From: Sarcophilus harrisii
Lineage: Eukaryota
Length of the DNA: 64,000 nucleotides
Assembly: GCA_048593225.1 (NCBI GenBank)
Contig: CM109174.1
Coordinates: 125,747,754 to 125,811,753 of the forward strand
Direction of reading: 5' to 3'
The translations under genes were made by a program, and so were the position numbers. Below are positions 1 to 11,924 of the stretch, one piece after another. The first letter of the stretch is position 1. Each line of letters begins with the position of its first letter. The notes beneath the pieces are model-generated. The model searched no databases, was not told the DNA's origin, and saw nothing but the letters and a program-made list of their open reading frames with translations.

Positions 1-451
1 TTCAGCCTCCCTTTCCCTTCTATCCCACTCTTCTCTGGCGTAGGGTTGATTATTGCCAGAACACACCCCATCCATTCCCACCCCAGCCTCAGACCTATCC
101 TAACTCAACCCATCCTTCAAGAACCACCCTCCATGAAACCTTGGAGAACAGGCTGGTCTAGCCCACTCTGCTTTCTCCCTTCCCTGAGCTCCTTTGGCAC
201 TTGAGAGTACCTCCCATTTGGCAATTATTTATGTCCCACCTCCTGAGATCTCTACTTTTATCACAGCCCTTGGCTAGTGTTTAATTTTTCTTGTATTTAT
301 ATTTTTCACTTCTGTCAACTAGATACTAGCCTCTGGAATTGGGGGCTAACTCATGTCCATAGAGAGTTGAATGTCAAGGGTTTGCCAAATAAGGTGTCTT
401 GGCTTCTCACACTTCACAGGCCCAAGCACCCAAACTTCTAGATTGCCTTAC

Positions 452-516
452 CTTCCTTTTCCGGCTGTCTTTCTGCAGGACATTGGTCTTGCTTTGAGAT
501 GTTGCCTGCTCCTGAA
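452..516 (-). CDS. KIF22: KIF22 exon 11 (65 nt)
   Basis: The acceptor is cctcacctttag|TTCAGGAG and the donor is AGGAAG|gtaaggc. The translation 'IQEQATSQSKTNVLQKDSRKRK' matches human '[23 protein letters not shown]'. I could not find further 3' exons below position 450, so the gene continues beyond the window. Confidence 0.55.
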
Positions 517-607
517 CTAAAGGTGAGGATTGGAGGCAATAATTGGGTCAAAGCAGTTCAGTTTCCCTTGCCCCATCCAGAACTTCCCCATCCAGAACAG
601 TTCTTAC

Positions 608-773
608 TTAGCCGGAAGGGTACAACCCTATTCAGAGGTTTAGTCACAGGCACTGTTTGGGTCCCCATGGGAAGAGGACCTGATGAGGCTGGGGAATCAT
701 TCTCTTCCTCCAGTTCTTTGGGCCTCTGATTCAGTCTGTTGGCTTCCAGTTCTTTATACTTTTCCTTCAGCCT
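608..773 (-). CDS. KIF22: KIF22 exon 10 (coiled-coil region)
   Basis: The acceptor is ttcccacag|AGGCTGAAGG and the donor is CGGCTAA|gtaagaa. The translation 'RLKEKYKELEANRLNQRPKELEEEN...TVPVTKPLNRVVPFRL' aligns to human '[23 protein letters not shown]...TVTGAKPLKKAVVMPLQL'. Confidence 0.6.
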
Positions 774-962
774 CTGTGGGAATAAATGAGGGATAAGGGA
801 CACCGGAAGGTCTGATGTAGGTTTGTTTTTCAAGGGACAGAAAAAATCTGTATCAAAAAAGGTCCAGGATGAGGGAGCCAATGAGGGCAAGATGGAAACA
901 CATAACAGGACACAGAGGTAAGGAAAGCTTTAACTCAATCTTGAATTTTCTCTGATCTGTAC

Positions 963-1131
963 CTGAATCTCTGAGTCCTTCTCTTTCAAAGCCTTTTCTA
1001 GGGCTGTTCGCTCTCTTCGTGGTGTGCTTAAAATTGAAGCTCCTTGGCTTCCCCGGGAATCCAGAATTCGGTCTAGGTTTAGCAGGCGCTCTTGCACAGC
1101 TGGTTCTAGAGTGTTCAGCTGCTTCAGGGGG
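963..1131 (-). CDS. KIF22: KIF22 exon 9
   Basis: The acceptor is tctcttag|CCCCCTGAAG and the donor is ATTCAG|gtacag. The translation '[57 protein letters not shown]' matches human '[57 protein letters not shown]'. Confidence 0.7.
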
Positions 1132-1933
1132 CTAAGAGAATAGAGGCTTCACTTTTCCCTTCTTTCTCTTTCATCATTTAATAGCCAACTACCGCCCACA
1201 GCTCAATTCTCCATTTTCTCACAATTCAATAGGTACAATAAATTCTAGTGTCAAAAACACTAGATCCAAGATTCTGAAGGCCTTCTGCAGTTTATTATGC
1301 AGGATTATTTTTTTTCCCTTTCATTTTTTTAAGTAAAAATTAAAACATGTCTTTTTCTAGTGTATATGCATTTCCCCCCAAATTCAATGTTCTCAAATTC
1401 TTCCTCTGTCCTTAAATAGCTCGTGTATCAGGATCAGATGCATCCTCAGCAAAGTCACATTCTGATGTATAATCTAGTCTAGATGACTTTGCCGTGTAGA
1501 TAAGCCATGGAAAAAGTTGTTAGATTTGATATCTTTAACTGCAAATTTGGATAGAACTTGTACCCAGACCAATCCCTGAATGCTTCTTGAGACAGCTGAC
1601 TTAAGAATGTTATTTTCAACATCTAGCTATCATGGCAGGGTAGGACAGAGATAAAGAAAGTTGGGGTAATTTTCCAAAGCCATAGCTCAAATCCCTTTTT
1701 GATGACAGAAAATGCAGATAGCCACAACATTGCACATGTTTTCTGAATATTTTGCACAGCTTTAGGAATTAAATATATTAAATATAAATAGTACATATTA
1801 AATATATGTACTAATTCTAATTGTATTGTTCTTATTTAGGAAGAAACTTGCCCTGAACACATCATTGATATGTGGGAGAGAGGATATTTGAAGGAGGGAG
1901 GACCAAATGGATGTCCCATCCCTTCTATCTCAC

Positions 1934-2051
1934 CTGAGTTTGGGACAACTAGGTGGGGGCTCTGGACTACTCGTCCCATCTTCCAATTCTTCCTGGCTTC
2001 TGGCCCTCTTCGCTTCTGGAGGGTCCATCAATTCTTTTTGGGCCAACTTCA
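1934..2051 (-). CDS. KIF22: KIF22 exon 8
   Basis: The acceptor is tatcccag|TGAAGTTGG and the donor is CTCAG|gtgagat. The translation '[39 protein letters not shown]' matches human '[30 protein letters not shown]'. Confidence 0.7.
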
Positions 2052-2183
2052 CTGGGATAAAAGTTACATGGTGAAAAGGATATCATATCCATCTATCTCT
2101 TTGCTTTCAACAGCCTCAGCAAGACCACAATACTTGCTCCTTAAGATCCATTTCCTTCCTTGTCCCCTTTTCTCCTACCATAC

Positions 2184-2346
2184 CTCTCTCACTAGAAGGC
2201 TGAAAACTCTTATGGGTGAATGGCCGATTGATCACTTCTTTGGACCTGGAGGCAAAGTTGAGTGATGTGACTGTATCAAGGTAGAAACGTCTCTCTGGAG
2301 CAATATTAGCAATTAGCACACTGTGGGCTGAACCTCCGAGAGAGTC
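2184..2346 (-). CDS. KIF22: KIF22 exon 7
   Basis: The acceptor is tttcatag|GACTCTCTC and the donor is GAGAGAG|gtatgg. The translation '[54 protein letters not shown]' matches human '[50 protein letters not shown]'. Confidence 0.8.
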
Positions 2347-2728
2347 CTATGAAAGACAGGGCATGTGAGTCAGGACTTAGGTATCCTACCTTCAACCACG
2401 GTTTACCCCTATTTCCAAAGATACAGCTGCCATTACTACACCTTGGTCATTCTCAGTCCTCAACTTGGTATAATGGAAAGAACACAGGCTTGCAAGTTAA
2501 AAGACTTGGTTGGGTTCTATTCTTGTTTTAGTGTTTACAACATACTTTTGACTTTGGACAAGTCACCTTATCTCTGAGGTTAGTTTTCTTCACTAAAATA
2601 GGGATGCTATTTGACCCACTTATCTTAATAGTTACTGTGAGCTTCAAGAAAGTAAAAATATAAAGTGCCATACAAATAAAAGGGGTTTTTAATACAACTG
2701 AGAAACTTTGATCCTCAAGAAGAAATCA

Positions 2729-3058
<330 letters not shown>

Positions 3059-3161
3059 TCAGACCTAGCTCTGGGTCATCTTTTTTCTATGCTGCCTCTA
3101 CTTCTTACCACCCATCCAAAACCCAGATGGATTCCCCATTCCCAACACAGTGATAGCACTA

Positions 3162-3398
<237 letters not shown>

Positions 3399-3588
3399 CT
3401 AGGAAACAAAGAAACAAAGCAGAATGCCTTATATGTAGCAATCTGACAGCTAGGTCTCACTGCCATCCTAACCCACTTTCTCTAACAAGATTTGAGTTTC
3501 CCCACTCACCCATTCCTTCTGTTCCCTTGAGAGCCTTCTTGAATTCTCCTATCTGTTCCAAAGGTTTAGGCCTCAAATTCCTACCTTA

Positions 3589-3813
<225 letters not shown>

Positions 3814-3871
3814 TTATTGTCTCTTCTTGCCATCTGCACAAAGCCCTGGATCCATTCTAGTCTTCCCTAAC

Positions 3872-3999
3872 CTGCGCCTGTTGGACCATAGGCAAGCACA
3901 CTGGCATTCTGTCCATTCATCAAGTGGCGCAGGATGGGCTGGACAAAGCCAACATAGATGTCCTGCTGAGTGCTTGTTTCTCCATAAAAGGCATCAAAC
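3872..3999 (-). CDS. KIF22: KIF22 exon 3 (contains the P-loop GPTGAGKT start)
   Basis: The acceptor is ctttacag|GTTTGATGCC and the donor is GGCGCAG|gttaggg. The translation is '[43 protein letters not shown]'. Confidence 0.8.
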
Positions 4000-4218
4000 C
4001 TGTAAAGCAGAAATATAGGAGTAGGATGAGCTAGTTAAAACTATAAAAGAAAGAGGGTATTGGATCTAGAGCACAGAGATGGGATATCATAGCAGGGACA
4101 TAGGCATGAAGAACAGCAATAAACATGGTCAGCGAAGCAGTCCCCTCAGTAGATGCCAATGTGAGGATACTAGGGATTCTGAAGCAGTGAGATAATGAAA
4201 GGGACCCAGGGCCATTAC

Positions 4219-4414
4219 TGGTATTTGAGTGTCTCCTGACTATTTCTTCCATTGGCAATTTCCAAGGAGCAGCTGTCTAGGCCCCGGACACAGGAGCTCT
4301 CACTGGTACTGCTGTCCTCTTCCACAAAAGGCCTAAGTCTCACAGCCACACGAACTCGTGCTGCGGCAGGGCGCCGGCTGGTTCTGCCTTTGCTCAGCTG
4401 GTTACGTGTAGCAC
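4219..4414 (-). CDS. KIF22: KIF22 exon 2 (N-terminus of motor domain)
   Basis: The acceptor is cttcttcag|GTGCT. The translation '(G)[33 protein letters not shown]...[25 protein letters not shown]' matches human '[20 protein letters not shown]...[25 protein letters not shown]'. The donor is CCA|gtaatgg. Confidence 0.75.
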
Positions 4415-6690
4415 CTGAAGAAGAGAATATATACTGGAATTTAATGTTTTCTCCTAGCACTTGCCTTTTGATCTTTTGCTGAATCACCATGTCCTCTTTG
4501 GGTCTGTTCCTGAGGGTTTACCCTGCGTGACCTCTAAGATTTCTCCATGTTCTGAAATTTAAACACATATGTGGAGTTTAGAGAATTGTAAGAGTATAAG
4601 ATACTTTTGGGGAATAGTCAATAGAAGTTTGCAGAGTAAAACAAATAGAGGCACAGTGGGAAATAAGGTGAGAAAGTTATGTTAAGATAAAAAAACAACC
4701 TAATTTGGGATAGCCTGGGGAAGCAGAATGCAGGATTTATTTACTTATTTTTTACTTTAAATTTTTTTTTGAAATATTTAGAATGAAGGAGGGGGAAAAA
4801 TCAAAGTTGATATTGAGGATTCAGGCCTGAGTAATTAGAAAGATATCAGTAACAGCAACAGAGGACGACAGGAAAATAAGCTGATTGTAGTTTTAGATAT
4901 GTTCAAATTGAGAAGCCACTGGGACATCCAGGTGAAGATGTCCAAAAGGCATTGAAGATATTTATCTAGGACTCAGGAGAGAGTCAGAACAAGAAATATA
5001 GATTTGGGAATTATATGAAAGGAAAGCAGTGGCTGAAATATATGAAACAGTTCAATTTTATATCCAATCCTCTTTTCTTTATACGCTGAAGTGTTTATCT
5101 TTGGTATTAAAATTCATAATAAAAAGGAGGCACTATAACTTAACAATGTATAGATGAGGAAACGGAGCAATTCGACAATGACTTGCCAACTGTCATACAA
5201 CTATGACAGTCAGCAGTCATGAGAGGTCTAGTCAGAAGATCTAGCAGTCTGGCTCTACAAATTGCTTCACTGTCCTACAGCATCTAACTCCAGTTTTCTT
5301 TCCAACACATCTATCTCCTTTCCTTGTGATTGCACAGAATGTTACTGGAATATACATGATTATTTTATATCATTCTCTGTTAGTTCTCTTGGTCAGAAGC
5401 TGGGCAGCATGGTGCAGTAGGGACACTGGATTGTGAGAACTAGGATAAGCCAGCAACAAAATAATCAAGTCTGACAACATTCCACATATTCCATATCCAC
5501 AACTTAGAACACATCTTTGTAAAAATGGTGATAACACTGAAATTCAAAGCTCATTCTAATTCTAAGATTCCATGACTACAAAAACATAAAAATTAGACTC
5601 CCTATCGATAAGTAAGTAAAATCAGAAATGCCTTCTCTCCAGTGGGTAACAATCTTTAAATAATGAAAAAAAGAAACATTTCAACAGCTGGGTAACAGAG
5701 ATGAGGACTAACAAGAGAAACATCACCATAAATTGTAACTTCTAGTGTGCAAGTGTATACTACAAATAATTATGGATGATAAATACTTAACACTATCTTC
5801 CTAACAATTACCAAATAAGCATTTACAAAGAATCCCATAGGTATACCACTCCATATTTCTGACTTCCAATGAAATGGCTTACAATATATTTATACAGCAT
5901 TTTGTAATCTAAAACATACTCTGATGCCTGTCATCTTATTAGAACTTTACTAGAATCTTGTGAGATAGGCAATGCAAATATTTTCATGTTTTCCATATTT
6001 ACAGGAATCAAAAATTATTAAGTATCAGAATTCAGACCGTTTTCTAATTTAGCATTTAATGCTTTTTCCACTAATTCACATTGCCCGAGAGTTAATAAGA
6101 AGGAATAAAATGGTCTGATATGTCTTTCACCTCTTAAAGATCCCAAGGATCCATGGGTGAGAAAGGATCTTGTATTTATACATTCATTTTGGTCATCTTT
6201 GGCTTCACCAGTCTCATCTTTTGACCCTTCCTCACCTTACTTTTCAACTTTGTTTTGTGTTTTGTCTTCCCATATTAGATTATAAACTCTTCGAGGGCAA
6301 GGTCTTCTCTCAGTATTTGTATATCCAGTGGTTAGCACATAGTTGGCACTTCCATGCAGTGTTTTAAAGTTAAAGTAGTATTTCTAACTTGAAAAATACA
6401 AAATTTAATTGACACAGGTAAATCTAAAGCAAATTATAAACATTCTGTAACATAACAAATGCTATATAAGATTACTGTGATCAAAATAAAATTTATCTTT
6501 CCTATGTCTCTCTGAATTTGGCTACATTGGTTGGGATATCCCATTTCACATATTAGCTTGGCAGAATCTATCAGAGTTTGTGTTCCAATTATGGAATTTG
6601 GTTAGAACTTTAGTGAAGTTTTATTGAATGTAGGTGTGATGTAGCAGAAAAATAGCATTTTGGAATCAGGACTAGATTTAAATATTTTTT

Positions 6691-6822
6691 CCCCTGAGAC
6701 AATTGGGGTTAAATGACTTGCCCAGGGCACACAGCCAGGAAGTGTTAAGTGACTGAGGCCAGATTTGAATTGGGGTTCTCCTGACTTCAGGGCTGGTGCT
6801 CTAACCAACTAGCTACCCCTAG
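6691..6822 (-). mobile_element. tRNA-derived SINE (marsupial type)
   Basis: The reverse complement reads 'ggggtagctagttggttagagcaccagccctgaagtcaggagaaccccaattcaaatctggcctcagtcacttaacacttcctggctgtgtgccctgggcaagtcatttaaccccaattg'. Confidence 0.8.
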
Positions 6823-7329
6823 ATTCAAATCTTGATTGACAGTAGCTATGTAACAAGCAATAATACCTCTTTTGAGTTTTACTCTCATCTAGAAAAAGGA
6901 AATCAAAACACACTGTATACATCATCATAGTGAAGAAACTGCTGTGTAAAACCATTAGACATTAATGTGTTAGGAAATGAAAAAGATATGGTTTGCCTTC
7001 TCTGAGCTAGTAAGCACCAAGAAGGATGGATTGATGGGTTCCTGAATGAAGCCCCTTATTCACCACAAATAGATGCTCAAAAGTTTGATTCATCCCAGCC
7101 CATTTGGGAAATTAAAAAAAAAAAAAAAAAGTAAACTTAGGCAAGTCACTTCCCCTCAGTTTCACCCTTCCACTTTGTGCCATGGTTATGGGGACAAAAT
7201 AAAAATAATATATCTGTAACTTCATTGGTACAAGAAATTCCTCTACCAAAACAGGCCTGTACCCCCTCTGCAAATTAATAGCTAAAAATAGCAAGCATTT
7301 AAAAGTTTGCCAAGTACTTAATCATCTTA

Positions 7330-7470
7330 TTTGGTCCACAAAACAATCTGGTGAAGCAGGTGCTATTACTACCCCTAATTTACAGATGAAAAAACTAGGA
7401 AGTGGCAGAAACAAGATTTGAAATCCAGTTTTGAAGTCCACTGCTCTATCCACCATACCTCTAGCTGGGT
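7330..7470 (-). mobile_element. MIR-core SINE fragment
   Basis: It contains 'ttacagatgaaaaaactaggaag...gatttgaaatccag' and ends 'ctctatccaccatacctctagctg'. Confidence 0.6.
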
Positions 7471-9059
7471 AGTGATTGAGATTTCTATTTTCTAGACTAG
7501 AACATTATCAGATTAAATCAATTGCCCAGGTTTACATAGTTGGTTTGTGTTATAGGTATGACTTTGAACTTAGGTTTTCCAAGCTTTGTAGATGGCTTAT
7601 CTTACTCTGCTGAACTGCCCCTTATGAACAACATAGGAAAACAAAGGGAAAAACTAATGAGAAAATATTAATGTAATTGTTAATTGACTCAAAGTGGTTA
7701 TTAAAAAATTGTTGTCCTCCTTGTCCATAACTTTAATCTCCTTATCTTTATTTTCTTCCTTTTCCAGAATCCAAACTACCAGTATTTTCACCTCCTTTTC
7801 TTCCAACATCCAAGAAAGTAGAAATTACAACCCCAAAGACTTTCTTCTGAAGCCTCTCATCATCAGGGGTCATGAAAAGAGGTCTTGGAATTAGTTTTGT
7901 TTTCTTGATTATCTTAAAAAACAAATGAAAAGTGAAGGGAAGAGTAATACAAGAAAGGGAAAAGGAAGGCAGGGAAAATTATCTTACATAATCAAGATGC
8001 ATAAATAGAACATACAAACAAGTAGGAAAGGATTGAAGGGAAGCCACTGACAACTTAAACTTCACTATTACTTAACTGGTCAAAGGAAAGAATGAATACA
8101 CATATACAGTTAGGTACAGGAGTACTTTTCACTCAAAAGGAAATAGATGGGAAAAGGGAGGAGGAGGCTAGATTAAGGGAAAGCTTAGTCCTGAACAAAA
8201 CAATCTTAGTAAGAATGCACAAAAAAACACATATCCCTTTTTTGTGGTGGTAAAGAAGTGGAAACTGAGGAAATTTCTCTCCATTCCCAAGATGATAGAC
8301 AAGTGATGGTATAAAAATATGATGAAAATCTATTGTGCTTTAAGAAATGATAAAAGGGATGATTGTTTGTTTTCTCTGTCTCCTTTTTAGTGAGGCAATT
8401 GGGGTTAAGGGATTTAAGTCACATTTGAATTCAGCTTCTCCTGACTTCAGGTTTTACTATTTAGCAACCTCCGAAATGGATGGTTTCAGAGAAACCTGGA
8501 GAGACATTTTGAATTGATGTTGATTGAAGTGAGCAACTAAATTTATACAAGGAAGACAACTCTGCAAGATTTAGAAAATGTGATCACCAGAACTCATGAA
8601 GAAACTTACTATCCACCTCTTGATAGATGAAGGACCCAAGATGCAGAATGAGACATATTTTCTTTTGGACACTGTCAGGGTCAAGTGTGGGGTTTTTTGT
8701 TTGTTTGTTTTTAAGAGATACAAGAAACTTTAAAGATTAAAAGCCTAGACTATAAAGCTAGTTTCTTGATGTTAAGCTAATCTATTATCCTTTTCATCAT
8801 GCCTTCAGGTCTCAAGATCAAGTTTTTAGAGTGGATAAGCATATACAAAGCCTGGAATATAGCAAGCACTTAACAAATGCTTGTCTACTGACAAAACCAC
8901 AAACACGTGATCGTAGAAATGGAAGGTTCAAGACAATCACCGGAAAAAGTCTTTCCCTACCTGAAAAGGTCTCCATTTCTGTGGTTTGCAGTCAGACTAG
9001 GAGACAGTACCCGAACCACCAGGAGTTTCTAAGAGAAACAGCAAAATCCTGACTGTCCC

Positions 9060-9420
9060 CGTTTGTGTTTGCTCAGATCCTTACCTCTAAAATGAAGGGG
9101 GTTTTAGTTTAGCTTATGTAAGGTTCCTTCCAATTTTTCTCACTCTGATCCGAAGCCTAACCCTCTAAAGTGACAACTTTAAACCCCGACGAATAAGCCA
9201 TTTTGCTTTATTCACAGAAGCAACAAAATTACCTGACCGTGCCTCGTTTTCGTTCACTGATTGTCAGTAGCTTTCCCCGTACTGATTATCTTCAGTTTAT
9301 CCCGCATGATGTCGTTTGTATACAATCTGCTGTCTCCCCTATCAGTGAGTTCTCAGGGGCTTCATCGGTCGGTGGGCCAGGCACTTGGTTCAGAGCTTGA
9401 TATACATAATAATGCTTCCT
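9060..9420. mobile_element. MIR-like fragments in KIF22 intron 1
   Basis: The MIR core 'cctctaaaatgaagggg' and the 3' region 'gcacttggttcagagcttgatatacataataatgc' are both present. Confidence 0.4.
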
Positions 9421-9835
9421 AACCGACCAGTACCTGCTGCTGCTTTGGGTACTTTCTCCCCCTCGGCCTCATTCCCAATTCCTTCATCTCGCTTCCTTTT
9501 TGGGGGGAAGGGGAGATATAAAGATCCCTCCCTTTGGGTTTCTGGGCAATGGAGAGGATCCGCCCCCCATTTCTCCTGCCTCCTGCTCCTCTCCCATCCC
9601 AGCAACTCCAAACCTTGACCCTTACTCCTCCTTAGCTCGGGGGAAAGGATCCGGGGACGCCGGAAGGAGCGCGCACCGCGCCTGCGCCTGCCCAGCGGGA
9701 CTGACCCCACCTTCCCATCCCCCATCCCGCCAGCTCACCCGCCTGGGAAACTGCAAAGAAATAACCTCGAGAGGCAAACCCCTGCTGAGATAAGGATGGT
9801 CATCCTTGTGCCGCAGCTGCCCCGAGCGTCCCTAC

Positions 9836-9872
9836 CTGCAGCAGCAGCAGCAGCAGCAGCCGCTACCGCCAT
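9836..9872 (-). CDS. KIF22: KIF22 exon 1, coding part (M-A-V-A9 then a split Gly codon); 5'UTR extends upstream (higher coordinates) into the CpG island
   Basis: The minus-strand ATG at 9872-9870 is the first in-frame ATG. The encoded 'EMAVAAAAAAAAAG' aligns to human KIF22 'EMAAASAAAISGAG'. A CAG|gtaggg donor ends the exon at 9836 in phase 1. The exon lies inside a CpG island. Confidence 0.5.
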
Positions 9873-10002
9873 CTCCCAGGGTTTCTGCTCCGACGTCCCA
9901 GCCGCCACGACCGCCCCCCCCACCCAACTTCTCTTCCAGAGATGGTCCCTCCCGGTGTTCGAATTCCCCGGCGGCTCCGCCTCCTCCGGTCCTTTCGACC
10001 AA

Positions 10003-10007
10003 TGGCG
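10003..10007 (+). promoter_or_regulatory. CCAAT box (candidate NF-Y site) about 130 nt upstream of the KIF22 ATG
   Basis: The literal 'gaccaatgg' lies inside the CpG island. Confidence 0.25.
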
Positions 10008-10489
10008 AGCGCCATACTGGTTGTGGCACCGGAAGGGGTGGAGCCACTCCGGCCACCTCCCAGCTGAGACGTATTCGGCTTGTCAAACGTTCCGGTATTG
10101 GTAAAGAAGCGCTCTTCCGCCCTTCGAGTCCCGGGGCCCTTTCAGACATCCTCCGGGGGACCCCTGAAGATGCCGGACCGCTGGAGCTGGCCCTGCTGTC
10201 CGCTCCTGACGCTTAAACTTCCGGCACCCGGGCCGGCTCCGGCCCAGACGCTCCTGTGGACATCGCTGCAGATCTCCCGGCTGTTATCTCCGTGTAGCGG
10301 CTGACTCTCGGGTCCGCTTACCCAGTCGCGACCTCCAGCTGCGTGTCCCGTGAACGCCTCATTTTCGGCAATTCCAAAGCAGGACTCCTCTTTCCCTCCC
10401 CCTCCTGTCCCTCCCTCTCTTCCAAACGCCCCCAGCAAAGTCGCAAGCGTTAACGTCCATCCTCCCAGTCCCCCAGGCTCAAAGCCCGC

Positions 10490-10540
10490 GGGTCCTCCCG
10501 GACTTCTTCCCCCCGCCCCGCCCCGCCCCGCCCCCCCGGC
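10490..10540 (+). promoter_or_regulatory. Tandem GC boxes (Sp1-like, on the opposite strand)
   Basis: The tract reads (ccccg)4-5, 'ccccccgccccgccccgccccgccccccc'. Confidence 0.3.
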
Positions 10541-11773
10541 CGGTCACTTGCCAAATCCTGCGGTTTCTGCCTTTGTAACTTAGCATCTCCTCTGCGCGGC
10601 CCCTCCTCTCTTTGGGCTCTGCCACCCCCGTGGAGTCCACCCTGAGCTGCTCACGCCTAGACTTTTGCAGTGCCCTTGCTGTCTGGTCTGCCTGCCTCGG
10701 GTCTCTCCTTACTTCTCTCCATCCTCCACGCATCTTTCAAAGTGCAAGTCTGGCTATGTCGTCATGCCCGGAGACTTCCTGTTACCCCCAGTGTCAAATA
10801 TAAAACACTCGGGCATTCCAAAGCCCTTCAAAAGCTGCCTTTCCCCTACCTTATCAGTCTTATTATACCTTACTGTTTCCCCCTTCCTTTCCTTACTCAA
10901 AATGACGTGGGCCTCTTTTCTGTTCCTCCCTAGGACTCTCCATCTCCTGACTCCACGCATTTTTATTGGTTGTCTCTTCCCCTAGCCTGGGATCCTCTCC
11001 ATGGTCTCCACCCCCTGGCTTCCTTCAAGTCCCACCTTCTGCAAGAAGCCATTCCTCCATCCTTCTTGTGGCTAGTGTCTGCCCTCTCTTAATTACCTCC
11101 AATTGATTCTGCCTTTATCTTATCGATACCTAGTTGCAATGCCTGCATAAGCACTTAGTAAATTACAACAACCAATAATAACGATACCCAAGATTTATAT
11201 ATCATTGTAAGGTTCGTAAAGCACTTGACAAATATCTCTTTTTATCTTCACAACAATCCTGGGAGATAAAGTGCTATTGTTATCACCCCCATTTTACACA
11301 TAAGAAAACCGAGGCAGAGGTTAAATGACTTGTTAGTAAGTGATAAACTAGCAAGTGATTAAGGCTTGATTTGAGTTTAGGTATTCCTAACTCCAGAGCT
11401 CTATTCACTACCCCCTTCTATTTCTGTCTAATTCTGGGTAAAATTGTGATTTTTAGATAGTAGTGCAAACGTGCAAGATAGGATACAGGTGAAGAGACAA
11501 TCCTGTACTAACTTTCTTCATTATTTTTTTCTTTTTTTAAACTTATTTAGTATTTTATTTTCCCTCAGTTACATATAAAAATATTTTTAACATTCTTTTT
11601 TTTTTTTAAATTTTGAATTCCAAATTCTCTACCTTTCTTCCTCTCAACCTCCCTTCACTGAGAAGTCAAGTACTTCTATATAGGTTATACACATGTAGTC
11701 ATTTGAAATATTTCCATAATAATCATGTAAAAAAAAATCTTAAGAAAAATAACATTTAAAAAGTGTGTTTCAA

Positions 11774-11921
11774 GGGGGCAGCTAGATGGTGCAGTGTAGA
11801 GCACCAGCCTTGAAGTCAGGAGGATCTGAGTTCAACTCTGACCTCAGACACTTAACACATTCTAGCTGTGTGACCCTGGGCAAATCACTTAACCCCAATT
11901 GCCTCAGCCAAAAAAAAAAAA
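11774..11921 (+). mobile_element. tRNA-derived SINE with A-tail
   Basis: The sequence reads 'gggggcagctagatggtgcagtgtagagcaccagccttgaagtcaggaggatctgagttcaactctgacctcagacacttaacacattctagctgtgtgaccctgggcaaatcacttaaccccaattgcctcagcc(a)13'. Confidence 0.9.
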
Positions 11922-11924
11922 AGT

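Larger units (their letters stand above)
9400..10700. promoter_or_regulatory. KIF22: CpG island / KIF22 promoter region
   Basis: GC content and CpG density rise abruptly at about 9.4-10.7 kb. The island contains KIF22 exon 1. Confidence 0.65.

Noticed and set aside
1-450. Search for further KIF22 3' exons (LESLDALEPEEK..., DLRSLQRIG...) in the first 450 bp
   Set aside because: Hand translation of all three minus-strand frames found no convincing match. The remaining exons are presumably upstream of the window start.
420-455. Internal 'cctgcag|AAAGAC' acceptor that would give a 21-nt KIF22 micro-exon
   Set aside because: Using it breaks the reading frame given the phase-1 end of exon 10. The upstream acceptor at 517/516 gives a 65-nt exon whose translation (IQEQATSQ...KDSRKRK) aligns to human KIF22.
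9921-9923. Track ORF 9735..9923(-) starting 'MGGAVVAAG...', which would suggest a longer KIF22 N-terminus
   Set aside because: The codon at 9923-9921 is GTG, not ATG. The ORF caller labels alternative starts as M. The first in-frame ATG is at 9872.
9390-10803. Multiple overlapping 60-136-aa ORFs on both strands inside the CpG island (for example 9806..10216+, 9832..10149-, 10350..10583+, 10479..10733-)
   Set aside because: They are Pro/Ala/Gly/Arg-rich, low-complexity translations of GC-rich DNA with no recognisable domains. Only the short KIF22 exon 1 is supported by homology.
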